Shown: one piece after another, positions 1 through 11,300 of the stretch | How the letters are laid out: every line of letters begins with the position of its first letter | How positions within the stretch are numbered: the stretch's first letter is position 1 | Assembly: GCA_002633005.1 (NCBI GenBank) | Contig: NMRA01000376.1 | Coordinates: 4,410 to 68,409, forward strand | Direction: 5' to 3' | DNA length: 64,000 bases | Source: Phoronis australis | Lineage: Eukaryota; Animalia; Phoronida | Program-made: the position numbers and the translations under genes | Notes under the pieces: generated by a model | What the model was told of the DNA's origin: nothing | The model's database searches: none | The model's input: the letters and a program-made list of their open reading frames with translations, nothing else

Positions 1-1544
1 AAATAGGTTCGACCCCTACTGGTTCCTAGGTTCGACCGGCCTGTACGTAAGGAACTAAACACCAATGCTATTTTAACATACTAAGTACGCTTAACATTCC
101 AAAAAAACATCAACGACCACTAACTACAAACTATAAATACACTACATATGCAAACGAATCACGAGATATTACCAACAAAACAAAATAATGAAGACTTTTC
201 GAGCAAGCGATAGCACATTCAGTTACAAGGAAAAAATGGCGGCTTTCAGGACAAGTTCCTGAACTGATGAGCCGGAAATGTGGGTACGGAAATAACCGAT
301 GACAACCAGTAATCATACGCTCAAAGAGAAGGGTCAAATACTGTTCAAAAATCGCTTTTGGCAAGAAAGGCGAAAAGAATATAAAGAAAGGGTGTCGAAA
401 ATAAGATTTTATGTAGTAAGTATTTTCGGATACTAGAAGCACATTGGCAGTTTGCAAGAAGGACTTTAATAATTTTCGCATGAGTCATAGTTCTTTTCTC
501 ATCAACTGCATTTCTTTTGAGAGGGTGGTCGGCTATTTGGTTTCACCGGAAATCAGCAATGCCTTGCCGGAGTGCTGAGGGAATTAGCAACGGATCTCCA
601 AAAAGAATTTAGGCGAATATACGTACTAGAACTCTGTGAATTTTGACGAAATAGGGACGTTAAATATACAAATGCATATAATACGTCATTTTTGATCCCT
701 TGTGATATTTCCTCTCCTTTGTAAACAAAGATCTTACCCATTTTCTCACCACACGTCGATGACAAAAAATGGGGGCAATCACATCAAGATTTTATGTAAC
801 GCTAAGAGTAATAACTGAGGAACGCTATGATTGGCCAATGATATTTATTCAATTCTGATTAGACCAAATGCTAGTTACGAACTGTACCTTTATTTCGCCG
901 CTAGGAGCTTGGGTAGTTCAGGTAGACGTCTTCCCATGTTTATTTGTGACTGGTTTTTCGTGTAGAGATGACAGTTGTAGAAAGTTGGGCTAATTAATCA
1001 ACAATAACTTTGTAAGCCTTAAGCACACGTGTTTTGCAAAATGGTTGTGTTCGTTTACCAATTAATGATTTCACATTCGCCGGCCAAAGTATCTTATACA
1101 CGATGTTTTGAGTTTGCGATAGTTACCAGTGCTGTAGTGGTAAAATTAGATGTCAGTAAGCGTCCAATGCTCATCGTATCACCTAGAGCACTAAACTTTA
1201 AAAGTGCATTGAATTCACAAAACCTAACTCACAAACAATGTATAGGCCTATTTTTTACTCATGAGTGGGTATTAACTTCGACTCTGCAATGGCGAATCTA
1301 TGTCACAGAAAGGGGCCCAATCACACATATTGGAAGGCAAAAGTCCGCGTGCATTCCAAGCGGTCTCTGAAGGGAAGGGCAAGGACAATTTTCAAGGAAA
1401 GTAGGCGGGTCAGGCCCAGAATTGATATGATGGCGGCGTTTTTTGGTCGCCCGTGGGATGTGTCCTCGGGGCTCTCTATCCGCCTATGGTATTCATCCGC
1501 GCACTCAGGGGGTGCTCGGTGGGCTCGAACGAGCCCCCCATTTG

Positions 1545-1620
1545 GCGAAGTGGGCAAAAAAGTCCGCCTCAGAGAAACAAAAACTCCGGAAAAAATAGAA
1601 AACCATAAAAAAGTCCACTA
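1545..1620. repeat. Dispersed repeat fragment; inverted partner at ~45440-45515
   Basis: gggcaaaaaagtccgcctcagagaaacaaaaactccg matches the reverse complement of cggactttttgtttcgctgaggcggtcttttttgccc. Confidence 0.65.
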
Positions 1621-3836
1621 AAAGTCAAGAATTACCAAAACGCGACGAATTAACAATTTATAGCTCTTAAAGATGTATTTGCATGTTCTTAACTATCCTA
1701 AAGCAGTACAGTAGGAACTAAATGACAATGCTATTGGAACATTGTTTACGTTAAACGAAGTGCAGTTGTATTCATTGACAACTTGTAAATGTGAACACAA
1801 AAATTTCTACAAATAGGTGACCTTTCGACTAATGACGTATCCTGGGGGCTCACATAGCCTTCATCACGCAGTGTTATTCCCCAACACCACGTCACGATAC
1901 TTACTGGACACGGTTGAGTGATTTTTGGCGGATCATTTTCGGCACAAAACTTGTTCTTAAATGCATTTGGCAATTCTCAACCTACATCATATTCACATCG
2001 TCGCTATATGTTGTGTTTCTAACTAATCATACCAAACAATCATAGAGATAAGGAATTAGCATGCAAGTTCCACTTCAACGTACCCAATGAATCTTAGTAA
2101 AAACGTTCACATTCTCAAAAACTCGAGCCTCCAATTTTTTACGTCTGGTTGCGCTAATGGGTAAGATACCATAGTTGTTTCTTTATCTTGAAATATTAAT
2201 CAAAAATTTCATAACTCGGCGAACATGTGTTACTCCGGACGCTTCAGACCAATTACAAAAACACGATGCTACTCAAGCACTGATGTTTTGAAGAGCTCAC
2301 GTGCATGCACTCACATATCGTTTTCTTGCAGGCAGCTGCTCGTAATTTTCATTTAATTTTAAAGTTAGTAAAACACCAGGTAGTAGTGACCAGTCCAAAG
2401 ATAGAGTGCTTTATATAATAGTCACAGAATCATCTACAAACTTTTTGTCGACAGTCTTGTTACATGATTATCTGAACTGAGAACTGTCAGCAGTTCCGTG
2501 ATGTCGAATCATCCACGTTTTGACATGAAGCTGTGGGTCGAACATGAAAAGCGGGGGACTATTGACCTTCCCAAACAGTGAGCTAGAGGTAGTTTCTAAT
2601 TTCAAACAAGAGCGTTTGTATGCTACAATCAGGTTCATTTCGCTGAATCCACGTTCACATTCAGCTGTATTGCAAGAAAGAGTCTTAATGCAGAGGTCCA
2701 GTTGTCACAGAGCACTTGGTAGGTTGTCTGCTCCAACAGTCTCCTCCATGTCTACGAATCCACGCATTCCTCTGATAGCCCCGGCGTTCTGGCAACCAGC
2801 AGAAACAGGTGGCAAATACGCCTGACTTGGCGCTCGCCATATGTTTTATCCCGGATCCCGTCGGCCACGTTTTGGGGTCCAAGATGCCCAGAATAGAGTA
2901 GAGCAAAATGACTGCTCATTATTGGCAAGTCAACGCCACTCCGAGTTTGCAACATCTTTTTATATAAATTATCCAGGATATATGGTCACGGAAAAGGCCT
3001 ATTCAGCAACGATGCTGTCGTCAGCTTAGCAGTGCATCGATATCGTAAGCTATCGCATCAAAACTACGCTTCACTATACCGTCACTTACTGCGCGTTGGT
3101 GCTACGTTAAGATGTAATAGAATGGTTGGCTGCGCGTAAAGTAACTTACGGTGAGTAGACGGTACGTTTAAATGTCAAAAGGTGGTTGGCTGCGCCTACG
3201 TGCGTCTACGCCCTACTACAGCAGTGATATTCACGGATTTAGATGAAATTTGAAATAGACGAACAGTCAACGCACAGTACCTTATTTCATATATCTTCTA
3301 TTAAAGAATATTGAAATCTTGCCGACAGGTCACATTGGTCCTAAGCGCATACGCTGTTGTCGGTTACACCTCAGAAAATACGATACTTTCCAGTGCGTCG
3401 GCGTACGCCAGTAGAAGTGTTACTTATGCGACAAGTTTTGATAGATACATTTTTTTCTATTATTTTATTTTCTTAACTCTGTTCGCTGTTAAGTGTTGAA
3501 TCTGTGTTTTGGACGCTGAAATTCTTCAAAGTGAAGGGATGGACAGTCGCCTCAAAAATCCAACTGCACCAGGCAACATAAGAAAACCAAGGAACTGTCA
3601 ATCAAAAGCTCTGTTCGTGAAATGCATCATAATGTTTAGTTCCAACTTGTCAATCAAGCTATTAATTGCAGCCAAGCAGGGCGTGGAAACGTAAGCACAA
3701 AGACCGTCCTCTATATTAGTCCGGAAAATTCGTTGCTAACGAAACCACAAATAAGTTTTCTTGGTGGGCTTTGGATACTTACAGTGCAGATCAATGATTT
3801 GCGGAACGATCGAGGAAAATGGTTGTCGATATAAAA

Positions 3837-3982
3837 CATGGGCGGCGCACCATAGGGGCTGGAGGGGCTGTAGCCCCCCAATTTTTTCACTGCTACGCTG
3901 CACATGGTCTATAGGTGGTGCACCACAGGGGGGGGCTGATCGGGCTTTAGCCCCCACTTTTTTCTGTGCTGTGCCGCCCATG
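3837..3982. mobile_element. Small TIR element (CATGGGCGGC ends), dimer of ~70-bp units; second copy at 50258-50394
   Basis: Starts catgggcggcgcac, ends gtgccgcccatg; internal ggggctggaggggct.tagcccc motif shared with the second copy. Confidence 0.75.
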
Positions 3983-5242
3983 TAATACAAGTGGTATCCG
4001 CAATATGAGTCAGAATCAATTAGCCTAACTGGAAGTGAAAGAAAGTCCCCTTCCTAACGTGTCGCAGATATGTCTTATTTTACTAGAAACTGATTTGAAT
4101 TAAGCAAACAAACAATTATGGTGGTGGAGCATATGTCAGCCAGGGCGCTTTTAACTAAGCTATCAAAATGCATTAGATCAGCTGTAGTAAATTTTTCACA
4201 CTAGAAGAAATTGTCAGGGATTATTTCTAAGCACGTCAATTTATTTCAATTTTATTGGAGATTGATTGATGTTAAGTGAGGGTTTACTCAAAGCATTCTC
4301 TTTGCAGCGAACGTATCACGGCAAAGAAATAAAACATAGCAATGAGACAGCGATAATTTATCTGTTTATCTTTGAAGCCCGCCCCAGATGGTGAGTATTG
4401 CCCGACAGATTACAGGCGCAAACATGAATTAGTTTACAGTGCACGCGGCTATGTGAGTATTTTTTTTTCATACACATGCAAAGTGACTATTGAAAATCTT
4501 CAAGAATTTCAGTTTGTTGAATATCAGTTTCGTCTTCTTATGATAATTGAAGGTTTTTGAAATTTAGAGTAAATCATTTCAGTGACAAAAAGGATTGTTG
4601 AATTGTCAGTTTATGAAACAAAATGAAAGTATTTTGCTTATCACTTGACTTCTCTGGGGAATTGTTATATTGTGCAGGGAATTTTGATAGGTAAAGGTCC
4701 AATAAACACACAAATTACGGCAAAATTTTTTATTTCGATCACTCGACAGTAGTTTTCGGGAACAAATTTCAATTCAAACAAACGAGTCTGCTAACAATCC
4801 GATGACGTTACTTTGCAAGACCAACTGCGCCTTTGAGAGGCCCGTATCCAGCATTGTCCAGGGGGTGGTTCGAATTTTTGGAACGTTGGACCTTTGATAT
4901 TTTGCAAAGGTCGACCCAGTCTAGTTTTCAATAAGGCCATTGACACACTTTAATTTGGGGGAAGGAAGGGAAATCTGCATACACAACAATGACTCTCAGC
5001 TCTATGTTCCTGAGATGAGACGGAAATGAGGATGCCGCGACGGTTGCTTCTAAAGAATGGGACTCAAATTCGGAATGTAATGCGATCCAGAAAGAGGACA
5101 TTCTCGCGTTACCTTCCGCCAAACTTCCAAATCAGGCGTGCTTAAATACATACTCGGACGGAATTTTTTAGTATGAGAATGACTTGACGAAATTTTTATC
5201 TGGTTGTATTTTTCGATTTACTTGCATCGCTGGAAATGGGAA

Positions 5243-5288
5243 AAGTTCACTATTCTGAAGGTTCACTACTCTGAAGGTTCATTACTCC
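5243..5288. repeat. 16-bp tandem repeat, about 3 units
   Basis: aagttcactattctg aaggttcactactctg aaggttcattactc. Confidence 0.7.
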
Positions 5289-5539
5289 TAAAATATCTAA
5301 AATTTAGAACCAAGGTTTAATTTTTATACTTTTGCATGCAAAAGTAAACGATACTTCGGTTATTAGATGCGCTGAGTGGTGTACGTATACCGAGAACAAC
5401 GTCCGTGAACTATTGCCCGCCTGTCTTACGCATACGGAAAACTAAGAACGTTCTTGCATTTTTCAAAGGATACCAAACCCAGATTTGGTCTATTGACAGA
5501 TACTTTCCCATCCAGTTCTCTAAAACTAAAGAATACTCA

Positions 5540-5849
5540 GTACGCTTTTTGCGGCTTACACGACAACTGTGGGAAAAGTCCACCCACCAAGGACCATATT
5601 GTCCATACTGTGACATGGAGTGTATGAATTTTCAACAGATTCCTTCCTTAAAATGGATTCTAAGCCCTATTTTGATGATTTCAACCAATCCTCATTCTCT
5701 CACTTGCTGATGCATCATCGGCGTCAATCTTGAAAGATAAAGCAGGAATCAAGTAAGAGTTCATACGAGCTATCTAACGAATTGGACATTATGGTCCTTA
5801 GCGAGTGGTCTTTTCCCACAGATGCCGCGTAACTCGCTAAAAGCGTAGG
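5540..5849. mobile_element. MITE-like element with ~65-bp imperfect inverted arms
   Basis: tacgcttttt...tgtgggaaaagtccac...aaggaccatattgtcca (5540-5606) versus tggacattatggtcctt...ttttcccaca...aaaagcgta (5783-5849). Confidence 0.7.
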
Positions 5850-5964
5850 TCACGCTTGTCCCTTTAACATAATTTGTAAGGATTTTTATAATTTTCCTAA
5901 AACGTTAAAGGGTTGTCGAGCCTTTACAGAGCATTGTTTTGTTTCAGCGACCTGGAATGGAAAG

Positions 5965-6140
5965 TAATTAATTGCGGCGTAAAGAAACTTTGTACGGCGT
6001 AAAAGTAATTATTTGCGACATAAAGTAACTTTTAGCGCAGCAAATACTTTACGCCATAATGTAATAATTACTTTAAGTCATAAATAGTTACTTTACGCCG
6101 CAAATAGTTACTTTACGCCGTAAATAATTACTTTATGCCT
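5965..6140. repeat. ~21-bp minisatellite arranged as two opposed arrays
   Basis: gcggcgtaaag.aa.t units, then aaatagttactttacgccg units (the reverse complement). Confidence 0.7.
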
Positions 6141-6644
6141 CCAACCAGTATTACGTCACGTAATTTAACGGCGTAACGTTCACCCATCTGGCCAACGATA
6201 ATGTCGACGATAATGCTGTAGCAACCACGCACGTTCAAGGCCAATGAACAACCTAAAGCCTCCTCTAATCATCTGCACGATCTTGTCATAAGCGCAAACA
6301 TCACTCGGGCGAAGTTGGGCCCTGGTGTAAGGCCCGATAATTACGAGAAGTGCTTTGAATCAGAAACAAATTCTTCTAAATTATTTATAATTGTAGTTAG
6401 TTGAACTAGTAGCTGCAACAATTTTGTTGTCCATCTATATCCTATCTTTAACGGATAGGCTGGGGATGGACCTTTTCCGAGGGAAGTTCAATCGAACCCT
6501 CCCCCCCGAACCCCCCTTAGCTACGGGCCTGTTTACAGGAAGTTGTTTTTGACTACAGGGGTCTATTTCATCATAGGCAATGAATGAAATCTCTGATTGT
6601 ACGCACAAGCCTTCACGTCACTGCTGTGTTACCAGGGTAGAGTT

Positions 6645-6763
6645 CAGTAACGCTAGGACCTTGCTAAAATCTAGCCAAAACCACGTGTACTCATTTAAAA
6701 TAGAAGTCAATATCTAATGTTATCTCGCAAAGTCTTGCTTTTTAGCGAAATCCTAGCGTTACT
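6645..6763. mobile_element. ~120-bp MITE (TIR CAGTAACGCTAGGA); second copy at 28761-28881
   Basis: cagtaacgctaggacc...ctcatttaaaata...agtcttgctttttagcgaa.tcctagcgttact in both copies. Confidence 0.85.
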
Positions 6764-7319
6764 TCCCAGGTCTTACTTCGAGCGAGTATGTCGTCTGCTA
6801 ATCAGTGGTCGCTTTGTCGCTATTTGGATTGGCGATTTGGCTGAACTCACACCCGTGTTTAAAATTTTTGAACTGTCGTAAAGCGTTAACTTCTTAAATA
6901 AACCTCACGTTAATACCAAGAAATAATTACTGGGCTTATAATTTGTGATTTCATTAAAGTTGACTTAAAACTTGAGCGCCTAAAAATATCTCACTTGATC
7001 AAAAGCTCAAAGTCTCTGAGAATATATACATAACTGCTTGTTACTGAGACAATTGCTATGAATTACTTTTAGACTATGATGCGCTAAAAATTACTCGGCT
7101 AAACCTTTTTCATTTGTTGTGAAGTGGGAGAGTAAGACCTTCTTACTGATTTAAGTCTTAAGTCATTTTCATGGATTAATGCGGCTTTAGAAGTTGCTAC
7201 GTGATTCAAATATGCAATACTAGGCTTCGACAAATTAATTCCCTGAGTGCCAAGATGAACGCTTCTTTGGCCACCATTAGCGTGTATGTACGTAAACTAC
7301 CGTGCGTAAATTGCACTAG

Positions 7320-7502
7320 TATTTACAATTGACAAATGTGATTAAAAACGAAAATCTGAAGTTTTACATTGATGACACCGGGACAGTAAGATAACGACAT
7401 TTGTCGTGTTTGTCTTTCAACGAGATAAGAATGCATTTTATCTCTGACTTGAAGCCAGTTGGCAAATGACGAGTATCCAGTCACCAGACTGTTCAAAATT
7501 AG
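7320..7502 (+). promoter_or_regulatory. Putative CLCA promoter and non-coding first exon with clustered GATA and forkhead-like sites
   Basis: AGATAA 7389-7394 and 7423-7428, TTATCT 7438-7443, TATTTAC 7320-7326; strong donor AG|GTAAGA at 7502/7503; the ATG exon begins at an acceptor 2 nt before the ATG, implying an upstream exon. Confidence 0.4.
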
Positions 7503-8216
7503 GTAAGATCAAAATACCCTGTTTTGAACTATTTTTGTTAATATCCATAAACTATCTTGTGATGCGACGTGTGTTACATCCCGTAGTGCAAGTGTTTGAA
7601 GGCTGATACTAGCAAAATAATTGTTTATATAACAGTCCGTAATGTTGAAGCGAACCGCGCCAAGTTTACTTTTCCGTAATATGCCTAATTAGTGTTCAGC
7701 TATGATTGATTAAACAGCACCTCATGTCTGAGTCAACGAAACAAGCTTAAGTAAATTAAATTTTGAAAACTTTTGACACACAGCTAGTTTTTTTCCTCAA
7801 TTCACTTAGCTTACTGCGTTATATTAAAACGGGAATGTTTACACGACAACTAGTGGAGTCTCGCTGACTGAACAGAAATGCTGATGAAAAAACTCAAATA
7901 AATGACTGTCACTTTTGTTAACCGAAATTTGTTTTGTTTGATGCAGGTGTTTACATGAACATGCTTTTACATATCCCATTCTGCGAATCACAGTCAAAGT
8001 GTTTTCTTTATTTTTTTTTTACAATTCAATGGAAGTACTTTCATTGCATATTCTGACTTCGGATAAGGTATCCATTGTACTCTGTCTTCATTTTTTATTA
8101 CAGCACGTTGCAGTAAGTGGATTGATATCATTTAATTTCGATCAAAATGGAATGTTAAATTTAAAATATTTTGATTCTGATGCCACTGCCACTGCTGTAT
8201 TTTGTTCTTGACAGAA

Positions 8217-8372
8217 ATGGTCCGCCTCTTGCTGACGATCTGCTTAGTTCTCCTGGCACCGTGCGGCGCGGTGAGAAACCCCTACACGCTGACCAGCAAC
8301 AAATACAATGGTCTGTTGATTGCCATATCTGAGGACGTGCCGGAAGATTTGAATCTGGTTCAGAAAATAAAG
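8217..8372 (+). CDS. CLCA: CLCA coding exon 1 (signal peptide, start of CLCA_N)
   Basis: acag|aaATG; MVRLLL...YNGLLIAISEDVPEDLNLVQKIK|gtgaat. Confidence 0.9.
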
Positions 8373-11300
8373 GTGAATTTTCATCGCTTTTCCATTAAGA
8401 ATTTGAAATTTTGTTGGGAGTCCCTACAATTTATCTGCCGTAAAATTGCGGAGGAGCAAAACCAAGGTGCATGGGCGTATGTGCCAAAAATTGTTCGTGT
8501 GACAACCAATTTAATTCACATGGGCCTTAACACCGTATAGGGAAGGCCTTGAGTGTTCCCGTTGTACGAGCTTAAGTTTTGACATCTAAGCTAAAGTTAA
8601 AAAATAGCATCTTGAGGGGGTTCTCCACAGGTTTTATTTATTGGTTATTTCTCAATTTTCACACCTGTATTTTGGTCTTTGCTTACTGCAAAACAGTATG
8701 GGCTCCCAGACTTACTTTTTCCGTTACAACCGCTCAAACAAATAGCAGGCACCTCTGGAAAACTGAAAAAAACGCAATTTACACGAGTTATTGAAAAGCT
8801 GCCTCTAACGCAATAAATGATTGAAATCCATTCTACGATGTCAGTAATATGTTTTCAAACCAACTTAACTGATTTTCTAACGTCAGCGTGAGTTACCGTT
8901 TTGTTCTTAATTTGAGTAACTCAAATTTTAGTCTTTTGGATTCTATACAAAAGTTACACCGTTATTTGTGTATTTTATGCTTCATTTTGATGCCAACCAA
9001 GTCTTTTAAGGGTCACTTTTTTCGTTTTCGAGCTGTTTTAGCTCAAACAACGTCAAGAATGGGCAATTTGGACATCTCAAAATAGCGTCAATTTCAGGAT
9101 CGCGATTAACCTGCTGCCTTTCACAAGATTAGTTTATGTTTTTCGGGTTGTGAAGTAACTTTGGTCTATGTGAACAATCAAGGAAAAGTTTCTTCTTTAA
9201 CACTTTCAAAATTGCGTACGCACGTACAGTTAATACTTTGGTACTATCGTTTAGTATTACGTCATTGTAGAATTTGATTACGCGCCAAGATAAAAAATGA
9301 GCGCAAAATCAGCATTTTTGAAATCAAAAGTCATTAGAAAATTAATAAAAATAATCATATTCAGGTGTTTTCTAAATTAGTCAATATCTTGAAGCAACCA
9401 CTGTTTTACGGCTTTGTGCAAAACTTTGTCGAGCCCCCATAAATTAATTTGACTTGAGGCAATTAATCTGATAGTAACTGACATTTTTGGAAATCCGTAC
9501 TCACTGAGTAACACGTTTGTTCAATAGGATGGGTTCACCGCCATGTCAAGAGACCTGCTTGTGGCTACCAAGCGCCGTGCCTACCTTGGTAACGTCACTA
9601 TCCTTATACCGTATTCGTGGACTGAGAGACCCGAGTGGCAGAAAGCGAGCACAGAGTCGTATGAAATGTATGTGCACTTTACTGAATCAATAGTGATTAG
9701 TTTCAACCATCAGTAAGGTACCCGGTCTAATCTCCGCACCCAGACTCAGTCGACTTTGATACAAACTCGAAACTTAACCAATAACGCTGCACGATTCGAG
9801 TGCAAATTTGTAAGTTTAATGACCACAGTGATCCATGAAATTGGTCAATTTTCGAGTCGAGTTTCGAGATCAGAAACACCAATGATAAATTAATTTCTGA
9901 ATTACATGCAATTCCTCTCTTCTAAGTACTGAATTTATGACTTGACACCTCAACTTCTCCTTTTCCAGAGCTAACGTGATAGTAGCCGACCCAAACCCCT
10001 TGGCTGGTAATAACCCGTACGTTAATCAACCTGGCCAATGCGGTGAACCGGGCGAGTACATGCACCTAACACCGAGGTATTTGACAGACCGTCGACTGGC
10101 CAGAGAATGGGGACCCACCGGTATGTCTTCGCTTAGGAAAGCTTGGAAATACGAGATTCTAAATGTTCTTGTAGCTACTGTAAATACTCTTCCCTTTACT
10201 TCCAACGATTTAAAACAGGATGAGTTGAAATACAAACATTTCGTAACTTTCAGTCCAGTTTGTGTTTGCTTTTTTAGTATTAAAATATATATATTTTTAA
10301 GTGAGCAGGGTTTCCTGGAAACCTCGTAACAAATGGCTGCAGTTGAGTGAGTACCCATATTGCATGAGTCACCTGTCATTGACGACGGCGCCCATTTTAT
10401 TTGGTGGTGCACCACCAAGATAAAATTGAAACTAAAACATTCGTATCAACTTCAGGAAAGTTTGAAAATATTTGGAGTTGTGCTGAATGAGCATAATTTG
10501 GGCTTTTAAGTTTCGACTGAACTAATTTGACCCAAATCCTACTTGATGAAGTTTTTAACTAAAATGAAGCAAGCGGAAATAGTATATTTGAACGAAGATG
10601 GCGGACCAGAATTATACGGTCTGTGTAGGTTAGTAAGCCTGAGTTGAAAGAATGAATAAGGGAGTGTGTGTTGCGGTCGGTTCAAATTTGTACGTTTTCA
10701 GCAGACGTGGTGTCTCGGTGTTCTCTTCAAATTTATTCCTTATGCCACAAAATTTCTAAATACACCAGGGCGTATCTAGCAATTCTTGTTACGGGCGCAA
10801 AACGAGGTCATAAAATTCGATGTTAAAAGATTGACAATTTAAATGTGATTGTGGTTTATGGCATAATAAAGACTGTTGTTGGGTAAATGTGTGTGTTGTG
10901 GTTGTGAGAAATCAATATTTGACCACGCTGTGGATCTTATCACTTTCTCGCTGTGGTTCTTTTCATTTTTTCGCGGGACATCAGAGAAGCCCGGATATGA
11001 TTTAAACTTGTACACCAAGCTCCCGTGTTCATGGATATGACACACTGCCGCTGGCTACGTTCATACGTCACACTTTTGTCCATGGGGCTAACAAAATTTT
11101 GCTTTCTCATTTGGCATGTTGAATTCACTAGTGTGATGCAGTAGTGCCACAAAGGATGGTTTAGTGATACTGAAAATGTAGTCAGATAAATGGTGATTGT
11201 AAACATTTTAAAGCGCCATAGTTCCTAAAAGCGTCCTATCTAGCCTTTACTGTGCAGCACGGTAATATTCTGGCTTACGAATGCCAAATGATGTCGCATG

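Larger units (their letters stand above)
4838..6531. mobile_element. Decayed hAT-like non-autonomous element ends (AGGCCCGTA...TACGGGCCT) enclosing nested repeats
   Basis: aggcccgtatccag at 4838, ttagctacgggcctg ending 6531, subterminal ggttcga/tcgaacc motifs; no TSD seen, may be two separate fragments. Confidence 0.4.

Noticed and set aside
2544-2825. GGLLTFP string reminiscent of P-element/THAP9 C-termini
   Set aside because: Single short motif with no supporting context.
5965-6140. Repeat array as CRISPR
   Set aside because: Eukaryotic context, no unique spacers and no cas genes.
1-7300. Many 60-118 aa ORFs upstream of CLCA
   Set aside because: No recognisable domains or exon chains; several overlap repeats and many start at non-ATG codons.
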